In this document: positions 8,276 to 14,640 of the stretch, one piece after another
Position numbering within the stretch: position 1 is the first letter of the stretch
How the letters are laid out: the number at the start of each line of letters is the position of its first letter
Assembly: GCF_000015585.1 (NCBI RefSeq)
Contig: NC_008789.1
Coordinates: 480,001-512,000, forward strand
Direction of reading: 5' to 3'
Source: Halorhodospira halophila SL1
GTDB taxonomy: Bacteria > Pseudomonadota > Gammaproteobacteria > Nitrococcales > Halorhodospiraceae
Length of the DNA stretch: 32,000 bases
The notes under the pieces: model-generated
Database searches by the model: none
What the model was told of the DNA's origin: nothing
The model's input: only the letters and a program-made list of their open reading frames with translations
Translations under genes and position numbers: made by a program

Positions 8276-8677
8276 TTGCTCTGGGACAGAGTCCTCGAAT
8301 ACTGGTACAAATGCATTGAGGGCCGAGAAACCCCGAGCCACCTCTTCGCCGAAGCGCTCGGGGTCGCGCTGCACCATTTCGATGACCTCGTCTCACAAGG
8401 CACAGAGTCGGGCACCAATGCTCAGGCCAAACTGCCAGGGGGTGAGATCGTCCGGCGATTCCTTGAGGAACCGGAGAGCTTCCCCTTTCGCGTGATGGGT
8501 CGCAACGGTGGCTTTACTGGAGCCGATCTGAAGCGCGACATCGCTTCTCCCACGACCTGGCAAGCTCAAATGTACGAGGTGAGTACTGATGATGTGCCCC
8601 CCAACCGCAATTGGTTTCCCATCGAGGAGTTCGTTAAGGCGACCCAAAATCCAGATTACCTCGACGCATCACGCTAA
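8276..8677 (+). CDS. Hypothetical protein (weak call; TTG start)
   Basis: The frame is open from the IS5 right end and has mostly G/C third positions, but there is no recognisable motif and no ATG or GTG start. An 84-aa antisense ORF (8393-8647) with a vague HTH-like stretch competes. It ends 32 bp upstream of the DUF2779 gene. Confidence 0.3.
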   Translation: MLWDRVLEYWYKCIEGRETPSHLFAEALGVALHHFDDLVSQGTESGTNAQAKLPGGEIVRRFLEEPESFPFRVMGRNGGFTGADLKRDIASPTTWQAQMYEVSTDDVPPNRNWFPIEEFVKATQNPDYLDASR

Positions 8678-8708
8678 TACCGACCTGGCCTAGAAGAGCT
8701 CCCTTGCC

Positions 8709-10190
8709 ATGCCCCGCCTGTCCAAATCCCGCTTCATAGCCGGCTGGCAGTGCCCGCTTCGGCTCTGGTACACGGTCCACGAGCCCTGGCGAGCCACGCC
8801 GCCTGATCCCCAGTTGCAAGCGATCTTCGACCAGGGCCACCGACTCGGGCAATTGGCTCAGCAGCGCTATCCATCCGGGGTGCTCGTCGAAGCGGATTAC
8901 CGACACACGCGCCAGGCCCTCGAGCAAACGCAGGTGCTGATGGCCGACCCGGGCGTGCCGGCGATCTTTGAAGCCGCTCTGGAGCACGACCAGGTCCTGA
9001 CCCGAGTGGACGCGCTCGTTCGAAACGGGGACGGGTGGGACCTGGTCGAGGTCAAGGGCGCCACGCGTGCCAAGGAGGTTTTCCAGCTCGACGTGGCGAT
9101 CCAGTATTGGATCCTCACCGGTGCCGGCATCCCGGTACGCGATGCCGGGCTGCTGTTGATCGACCGTGACTACGTCTATCCGGGCGGCGCGCACGACCCG
9201 CAGGAGTTCTTCCGGTTCGAACCGCTGACCAGAACCTGCGAGCACTGGCTTGAGTGGATCGAGGCGCAGGCCGTCTCCTTCCAGGAGGTTGCCGCCCGTA
9301 CAACACCACCCCAGATCGAAATCGGGCAGCAGTGCTTCAGCCCTTACCCCTGCCCGTTCTACAACCACTGCTCTGCTGACAGGGAGTGGCCCGAGCACCC
9401 GATCGAGGAGCTACCGTATCTGGCCGGCGAGCGTTACCAGGGCCTCCTCGAGCGGGGTGTCACAACCATCGACGCCATCCCCGACGATTACCCGCTTACC
9501 GTCGCTCAGAAGCGGATCCGAGACGCCGTTGCCAAGGGGCATCCCTGGACCGATCCCGACCTGGGTGAAGCCGTTCAGGGTGTGGAGTGGCCTCTCTTCT
9601 TCCTGGATTTCGAGACCGCACAGCCGGCCTTACCCCGTTACCCCGGAACCTCCCCGTTTCAGGCCTTGCCGTTCCAGTTTTCCTGCCATATCCAACGAGC
9701 CCCCGGGGTCGCCCCGGAGCACACGGACTTTCTGGCCACCGCCGATACCGACCCCCGCCGCCCACTTGCCGAGGCACTGCTCAACGCACTCGGTGACCGC
9801 GGATCGATCGTCGTTTACTCCAGCTTTGAGCGGCGGGTCCTCGGCGAACTCGCCGATGCGCTGCCGGATCTCGCTGAGCCCTTAGCCGCCCTTCAGGAGC
9901 GGCTGTGGGATCTGCTACGGGTCCTGCGGAACCACTACTACCACCCGGCTTTCAAGGGCTCCTACTCCATCAAGCGGGTCCTGCCCGTACTGGTTCAAGA
10001 CCTCGACTACACCGCCCTGGAAGTGGCCGATGGCCAGGCCGCCGCGCAGGCCTGGATCCAGATGCTCGACACGGATTGCGACGAGGAACGCGATCGGCTC
10101 GCCCAAGCCCTCCGCGAATATTGCTTCACCGACACGCTGGCCATGGTGCGACTGCGCGAGGCGTTACTGCGTGCCGCCGGAGAGCTGTGA
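8709..10190 (+). CDS. DUF2779-type protein: Cas4/AddB-like PD-(D/E)XK nuclease plus DEDD-type exonuclease
   Basis: 493 aa. N-terminal half: Cys15 (GWQCPLRLWY), RVDALV..DLVEVKGAT, QLDVAIQYW and the cluster CFSPYPCPFYNHC, giving four Cys consistent with Cas4-like Fe-S ligation. C-terminal half: FLDFET (ExoI-like), IVVYSSFERRVL (ExoII-like), CFTDTLAMV (ExoIII-like). Confidence 0.85.
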   Translation: MPRLSKSRFIAGWQCPLRLWYTVHEPWRATPPDPQLQAIFDQGHRLGQLAQQRYPSGVLVEADYRHTRQALEQTQVLMADPGVPAIFEAALEHDQVLTRVDALVRNGDGWDLVEVKGATRAKEVFQLDVAIQYWILTGAGIPVRDAGLLLIDRDYVYPGGAHDPQEFFRFEPLTRTCEHWLEWIEAQAVSFQEVAARTTPPQIEIGQQCFSPYPCPFYNHCSADREWPEHPIEELPYLAGERYQGLLERGVTTIDAIPDDYPLTVAQKRIRDAVAKGHPWTDPDLGEAVQGVEWPLFFLDFETAQPALPRYPGTSPFQALPFQFSCHIQRAPGVAPEHTDFLATADTDPRRPLAEALLNALGDRGSIVVYSSFERRVLGELADALPDLAEPLAALQERLWDLLRVLRNHYYHPAFKGSYSIKRVLPVLVQDLDYTALEVADGQAAAQAWIQMLDTDCDEERDRLAQALREYCFTDTLAMVRLREALLRAAGEL

Positions 10191-10261
10191 CACCGCCGGA
10201 GCCAGTTCCCTGCTCCCCCCTATCCGACAAACGCCACCCGACTCCGTCGGCCCGCCTCCCA

Positions 10262-11926
10262 TCACGATGCCGCGTTCTCCAGCCGTTTCCGCCACGCGGA
10301 ACCCTCAGCGACCAGCACCTCGCAGGCCACCGAGGCCCGGGTGAGCGCACAGTAGAGCAGACGCTGCTCACGCTCGGGCCGGCTACCGTCGAAATCGACG
10401 TCCATCAGGATCACGGCGGGGCGCTGCTCGCCCTTGAAGCGATAGACCGTCTCGACGCGTAAATCGCCCTTCGAGTACACCGGCTGGCCGTCTTCGGTGA
10501 AATCCCCCGTAAACCGCTTGAGGCGGTAACGACCCAGCCGGGCCGTCTCCGCCAGTGGATCACGGCCGTGACCGTGCAGGCTCAGCAACACCATCTGATC
10601 CTTGCGAAAGCCCTCGCTCTCGAGGTGTTCCACAGCCTGAAGAAGGGCCTCGCGCTGCTCATCGGCCGTTGCGTACCGGGTAACCCGCGGCTTATGGCCG
10701 TCGAGCGGATTACGCCAGTCGATATCGACCTCGAGCAGGCGACGGACGAACTGCGCAATCCGGCGTGGCGTCCGAAAAGCCTTGCCCGTTCGGTAGGTGA
10801 CGAACGCGGACTGTTGCTGGTCGTTGCGCCCGTAGAGATCCTGCTGGGGGTCTTCCAGCCACAAGACCGGTGCATCATCGTCGACGAGACAGATGCGCAG
10901 GAGCTCCCACCACTCTTCGGAGAAGTCCTGCCCTTCATCGACGATCAATCGGTCGAAACAGGGCAATCGCTCGGAATGCTCGATGAGCCGGTCCGCCACC
11001 TCGCTCCAATACTCCTGGGGCTCCCGCCGCGCCCGCTGCGCATCGAAGCTCTCACCAACGGCCTCAAGCCAGGCATGACAAAGGCGGTGGAAATTGCCGA
11101 CGTCAGCGTTGCCCTCCAGTCGTGCGCGCAGCCGGTCGCCCAGGACGCGGTTGAAACAGACCAGCGCCGGTCGTTCTCCCCGGGCTTGCGCAGCCTCGAA
11201 AAACTCGATCGCGGCAATCGTCTTCCCGCTACCCGCAGCACCGATAACCCGAAGGCGCCATGGGCTCATCTCCAGCCCCTGGACCAGCTCGGTGATGCCA
11301 CCAGCGAGACGCTGGAAGGTCTGCTCCTGAAGCGTGACCTCGTCGCCGAGATCCGGTGCCAAATCCAGCTCCTGCGCGAGCACGCGCCGAACCGTCCGGG
11401 CTGTATCCGGCGCGTCCTGCCCCGGCCCGAGCTGCGCCTCGACGGATGCGGGGAGTTCTTGGACTCTTGAAGCATCGACGATCTGCTCGCGAGAGAGCCC
11501 AGCCGGTGCGTCCCCCTGCAGCCGGTGCGCCGGGCAGTACAGCAGCAGGCTCATACCCGGCGGCTTGCGGCCACCGAGACCGCGCTCGAGGGCTCCGAGC
11601 AACCCTTCGCGGCTGCGGTGCAGCTGCCGGACCACGTCCTTGGGGCCGCGCTCATGCCCGTAGTCCTTGCCGAGCAGGCCGTCGCTCTCAGCCAAAGCCC
11701 CGTTCTTCTGCTCAATCAGCAGGACCTCGCCGGCGGCGTTAACGACGACAAAATCCACCTCACCGAACACGGCGCCCCGCCCGGACCCGGCACTCCAGTG
11801 CACGCCGTGGTAGACGGTGTAGCTCTGCGGCAGCGAGTCGCCCAGCCACTCCAGCGTCCTAAGCTCGCGCTCCGGCGCACCGGCCAGCCGAAGGGTGTCG
11901 ATGTTGGAAGGGTGAACATGCGCCAT
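10262..11926 (-). CDS. NERD-domain nuclease-like / SF1 (UvrD-like) helicase fusion
   Basis: 554 aa. NERD-like GEVDFVVVNAAGEVLLIEQKNG at the N-terminus. Then Walker A GAAGSGKT, Walker B IVDEGQD, and C-terminal UvrD_C-like YRFKGEQRPAVIL and LLYCALTRA. Confidence 0.88.
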   Translation of the reverse strand: MAHVHPSNIDTLRLAGAPERELRTLEWLGDSLPQSYTVYHGVHWSAGSGRGAVFGEVDFVVVNAAGEVLLIEQKNGALAESDGLLGKDYGHERGPKDVVRQLHRSREGLLGALERGLGGRKPPGMSLLLYCPAHRLQGDAPAGLSREQIVDASRVQELPASVEAQLGPGQDAPDTARTVRRVLAQELDLAPDLGDEVTLQEQTFQRLAGGITELVQGLEMSPWRLRVIGAAGSGKTIAAIEFFEAAQARGERPALVCFNRVLGDRLRARLEGNADVGNFHRLCHAWLEAVGESFDAQRARREPQEYWSEVADRLIEHSERLPCFDRLIVDEGQDFSEEWWELLRICLVDDDAPVLWLEDPQQDLYGRNDQQQSAFVTYRTGKAFRTPRRIAQFVRRLLEVDIDWRNPLDGHKPRVTRYATADEQREALLQAVEHLESEGFRKDQMVLLSLHGHGRDPLAETARLGRYRLKRFTGDFTEDGQPVYSKGDLRVETVYRFKGEQRPAVILMDVDFDGSRPEREQRLLYCALTRASVACEVLVAEGSAWRKRLENAAS

Positions 11927-12125
11927 GACGCACCCCGCTCCGCCGTCCCTGGTTCGAACGCATTCGCGCTCTGGCTCATGCCAAACACCCTACCACCCAT
12001 CGGGCCACGGTTTGCCGGACTGATCGGCTGCTGCGTACCTGAGACGCCAAGCTTCTATATGAAGCCGCGGGGACCCCGCGACATCAGCTGTCGCCGCAAT
12101 CGGTTGGAATGGCCTGGTCCCGGGC

Positions 12126-12156
12126 GGGATACACCCATCGACGAACGGGGTATATC
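12126..12156. promoter_or_regulatory. Imperfect inverted repeat in the divergent NERD-helicase / ARH intergenic region
   Basis: GGATACACCC (12126-12135) and GGGGTATATCC (12146-12156) pair at 9/10 with a 10-nt spacer. The repeat lies 50-80 bp upstream of the ARH ATG. A regulatory role is purely speculative. Confidence 0.2.
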
Positions 12157-12205
12157 CTTGGCAAGGACGCCACCGGGACCCATCCGCCATGGACAAGGAC
12201 GAATC

Positions 12206-12967
12206 ATGCTCGGAGCCATCGCCGGCGACATCATCGGCTCGATCCACGAGTTCGGCCCACCGGCCCCGCCAGGGACGCCGCTGGTGGATCCACGCTCCCA
12301 CTACACCGACGACACGCTGCTGACCCTCGCCACCATGGAGGCATTACTGGAGGGCGCTGACTACGCCAGCGTCTACCGTCGGGCATGGGAGGCCGAGCCG
12401 AACCAGTCCTGGGGCGCGCGTTTTCAGCAGTGGGCCCGGGAACCGGGCGCCGCTCCCTACAACAGCTTCGGCAACGGCTCGGCGATGCGGGTCAGCCCCA
12501 TCGCGCTGTGGTTCCAAGACCGTCAGCAGGCCCTCGAAGCTGCCGCCGCCTCCGCGGCCGTAACTCACGACCACCCGGAAGGTATCAAAGGGGCGCAGGC
12601 GACGGTCGATGCGATTCAACAGGCCCGCGACGGCAGGACCGGCGACGCGATTCTGGCTGCGGTATGCGAGCGCTACGGCTACGAGACGACGCCCTCCCTG
12701 GACGCCCTGCGGGCAAGCAGTCGCTACAACGAGACCTGTCAGGGCACGGTGCCCCCGGCCATTCAGGTCGCCTGCCAAAGTGCCTCTTTCGAAGCGTGTA
12801 TGTCGACCTGCCTAACCCTCGATGCCGATACCGACACCCTCGCGTGCATCGCCGGTGGTGTTGCCGAAGCTCGATTCGGCGTGCCGGATTGGGCGGTGGA
12901 ACTCGTGCAGACGCGCCTCGGGCACGAACAGTGGGCCCTGGTGCAGCGGTTTTACCAGGAGGGATGA
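12206..12967 (+). CDS. ADP-ribosylglycohydrolase family protein
   Basis: ARH/DraG-family blocks: MLGAIAGDIIGS, HYTDDTLLTLA, FGNGSAMRVSPI, AVTHDHPEGIKGA, DADTDTLACIAGGVAEARFG. ATG 12206 is preceded by AAGGAC. The upstream part of listed ORF 11525-12967 is antisense to the helicase gene. Confidence 0.88.
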   Translation: MLGAIAGDIIGSIHEFGPPAPPGTPLVDPRSHYTDDTLLTLATMEALLEGADYASVYRRAWEAEPNQSWGARFQQWAREPGAAPYNSFGNGSAMRVSPIALWFQDRQQALEAAAASAAVTHDHPEGIKGAQATVDAIQQARDGRTGDAILAAVCERYGYETTPSLDALRASSRYNETCQGTVPPAIQVACQSASFEACMSTCLTLDADTDTLACIAGGVAEARFGVPDWAVELVQTRLGHEQWALVQRFYQEG

Positions 12968-13416
12968 TGCTCTACTTCGCGTTTGGCTCCAACATGCTCA
13001 CCAGCAGACTCCAGGCACGGGTGCCCTCGGCAACCCCTGTGACTCGGGCATTTTTACAGGGCCACCAACTCGCCTTTCACAAACGAGGCGCCGACGGCTC
13101 GGCCAAGTGCGACGCCTTCTGGACCGGTCAGCCGGAACACTGGCTACCGGGCGTCGTCTTTCGCATGGATGCCGCGCATTTGCCGGCACTCGACGACGCC
13201 GAAGGACCGCGCTATGACCGCATCGACGTCACGGTCCAAAACGACGACGACACGCCCATGGAGGCCTTCACCTACCGGGCCAAGCCCGACGCGGTGATGG
13301 ACGGACTCCAGCCGACAGCGACGTATTACCGCTACGTACTCAACGGCGCGATCGAGCACGGGCTGCCGGCGTGGCACATTGAAGCCATTCGGTACGTAGC
13401 CGAGGCGCCTTCGTGA
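12964..13416 (+). CDS. Gamma-glutamylcyclotransferase (GGCT/AIG2-like) family protein
   Basis: MMLYFAFGSNMLTSRL (YGSNL-type motif) and LPALDDAEGPRYDRIDV (conserved Glu region). Its ATG overlaps the ARH stop as ATGA (12964-12967). Confidence 0.85.
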   Translation: MMLYFAFGSNMLTSRLQARVPSATPVTRAFLQGHQLAFHKRGADGSAKCDAFWTGQPEHWLPGVVFRMDAAHLPALDDAEGPRYDRIDVTVQNDDDTPMEAFTYRAKPDAVMDGLQPTATYYRYVLNGAIEHGLPAWHIEAIRYVAEAPS

Positions 13417-13444
13417 CGGACTAACCGTCGGGGGACTGCAGGAC

Positions 13445-13663
13445 CTAACCATTTAAACCGGATTCCTTGAACGTCCCACCGCCAGCCGGCGACAACGCCA
13501 CGCGCATCGCCTGCCGACGCAAGTCCGCCTGCTCTTCGGCACGGCGCCGGGAAATGCACACCGCCGACGACGACTCACCGGCGAGTGCCGCACCTCCACC
13601 GTGATCGCGCCCCGGTGCACGCTCGATCGGATGCCTCGACGATGCCTGTTGTGCGCTGGCCAT
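13445..13663 (-). CDS. Hypothetical small protein (72 aa)
   Basis: The internal ATG at 13663 of listed ORF 13445-13705 is preceded by GGAGGAAGC, a strong SD. The product has no recognisable motif. Confidence 0.25.
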   Translation of the reverse strand: MASAQQASSRHPIERAPGRDHGGGAALAGESSSAVCISRRRAEEQADLRRQAMRVALSPAGGGTFKESGLNG

Positions 13664-13747
13664 GCTTCCTCCAGACCGACTGGTTCTGTGCGTAGGCTGG
13701 AACATGGCCGCGACAGGCCATGTCGCACGACCGGCGCCGGAATCCGA

Positions 13748-13924
13748 CTAAACGGGTGGGCTGAGACCGCGCACGTAAACCTCCTGCTGCCGAGTCTCCA
13801 CAGCGCCGCGCCGCGCCGCTCGGACCTGACGCAGCGCCTGTTCAGGTGCCACGCCTCGCTCAACGAGCAGTCTGCAGGCGATCACACCCGTCCGACCCAC
13901 CCCCCCCATCGAGCCACAGCGCAT
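13748..13924 (-). pseudogene. Relic of a Cys-based protein tyrosine/dual-specificity phosphatase (C-terminal third only)
   Basis: Hand translation gives MRCGSMGGVGRTGVIACRLLVERGVAPEQALRQVRAARRGAVETRQQEVYVRGLSPPV. It contains a GxGRTG P-loop remnant and the ..A..vR..Rp.avet..Q tail typical of bacterial DSP-like phosphatases. The C-to-R spacing is wrong for CX5R. A TGA sits just upstream. G8/C8 tracts lie at 13900-13907 and 13938-13945. Confidence 0.4.
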
Positions 13925-13991
13925 CTCTCATGGGTCGCCCCCCCCTTGTCGCGCATCCGCCGCCGATCGAGGTTACCTCTTTCGACCCCCC

Positions 13992-14012
13992 TTTCCACAG
14001 AACCTGTGGAAA
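13992..14012. promoter_or_regulatory. Perfect 9-bp inverted repeat TTTCCACAG-AAC-CTGTGGAAA, with a third TGTGGA half-site at 14017-14022
   Basis: Read directly from the sequence, in apparently non-coding DNA. No flanking T-run, so it is not a typical terminator. Operator- or iteron-like. Confidence 0.35.
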
Positions 14013-14232
14013 ACCTTGTGGAGAGAGCCACGCGACGGGGCCAGCCGAGCGGCCTTGCGGTCTATTGGACAAAGAGTAGCCAGACCCTAACGCCAGAGAA
14101 ATCAGCAGGTTGCAAACGGGCCACCGCGAGTCAGGCAGTTAGCGCCGTCAAGCTCGGGGCCTGTGCAGAATTCGGATCCTTGCAGGTGCGACCGATCAGC
14201 GTTGTCAATTCCTGGCCCACAAGGAGGACGCC

Positions 14233-14388
14233 TTAGTCGTGCTGAGACCCGAAGTAGGCGGCCCACTCCGGGGCGTCCGGATCCATGCGCCGGAGCTCCG
14301 CCTCGTCGGCTTCAACGATCAGGCGTTCGACCATCGCCCGCTTCGTTACGCCGTAACGCCGGGCCAATCGGCCCAGGGCCAGGTCCAC
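14233..14388 (-). CDS. Possible small ribbon-helix-helix-like DNA-binding protein (51 aa, GTG start)
   Basis: Hand translation gives MDLALGRLARRYGVTKRAMVERLIVEADEAELRRMDPDAPEWAAYFGSQHD. The L..LA...GVTKRAMVERLI pattern resembles Arc/CopG-type proteins. It is below the ORF-track size cutoff. It competes with plus-strand ORF 14239-14460, which has a good SD but runs into the tRNA promoter and gene. Confidence 0.3.
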   Translation of the reverse strand: MDLALGRLARRYGVTKRAMVERLIVEADEAELRRMDPDAPEWAAYFGSQHD

Positions 14389-14407
14389 CTCAGCGCGGCC
14401 CCAGGGG

Positions 14408-14435
14408 TTGACTCCTCACTGCACGCCGTTAGAAT
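14408..14435 (+). promoter_or_regulatory. Sigma70-type promoter of tRNA-Val
   Basis: TTGACT (14408-14413), 16-nt spacer, TAGAAT (14430-14435). The mature tRNA 5' end lies 15 nt downstream. Confidence 0.5.
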
Positions 14436-14450
14436 GCCCAGCACATCGAC

Positions 14451-14527
14451 AGGCGCGTAGCTCAGCTGGTTAGAGCGCCACCTTGACATGGTGGAGGTCG
14501 GTGGTTCGAGTCCACTCGCGCCTACCA
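14451..14527 (+). tRNA. tRNA-Val (anticodon GAC)
   Basis: 77 nt folded by hand: acceptor AGGCGCG/CGCGCCT, D arm GCTC-AGCTGGTTA-GAGC, anticodon arm CCACC-TTGACAT-GGTGG, T arm GGTGG-TTCGAGT-CCACT, encoded CCA. Confidence 0.95.
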
Positions 14528-14538
14528 GATACGCCGTA

Positions 14539-14595
14539 CTGCGCCCGGTCGCGACCCCTGCTCTCAGGGCCCCATCGCGCCGGGCGCAGCTTTTC
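14539..14595 (+). terminator. Long GC-rich hairpin plus CTTTTC between tRNA-Val and thrS (terminator, attenuator or processing site)
   Basis: CTGCGCCCGG (14539-14548) pairs with CCGGGCGCAG (14580-14589). Inner stems TCGCG and CCCTG/CAGGG add to the structure, followed by CTTTTC. The T-run is weak. Confidence 0.4.
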
Positions 14596-14640
14596 ATGCA
14601 CGTGGCCCCTCGTATCGGTCACCACTGTGGAGGTTCAGCC

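Noticed and set aside
10191-10261. A terminator between the convergent DUF2779 and helicase genes.
   Set aside because: Only a 5-bp stem (CCGAC-TCC-GTCGG) with no T-run is present, which is too weak to call.
8634-11470. ORFs 8634-9398(-), 9250-9885(+), 9905-10462(+) and 10568-11470(+).
   Set aside because: They are shadows of, or out of frame with, the DUF2779 and NERD-helicase genes, which carry ordered catalytic motifs.
11951-11969. GGTTCGAACGCATTCGCGC resembles the T-arm/acceptor 3' end of tRNA-Val (GGTTCGAGTCCACTCGCGC), a possible att-site remnant.
   Set aside because: The match is about 20/26 over the best window. By a rough binomial estimate, that is expected by chance a few times in a 32-kb GC-rich window scanned against a 77-nt query. 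It also lies upstream of the intact tRNA in the same orientation, which does not fit 3'-end tRNA integration.
11525-12205. N-terminal 227 codons of listed ORF 11525-12967.
   Set aside because: This part is antisense to the NERD-helicase gene and crosses the intergenic region. ARH homology begins exactly at ATG 12206 (MLGAIAGD), which has an SD.
14488-14640. N-terminal extension of the thrS ORF.
   Set aside because: It starts inside the tRNA-Val gene. The canonical ThrS N-terminus and a GGAGG SD support ATG 14641.
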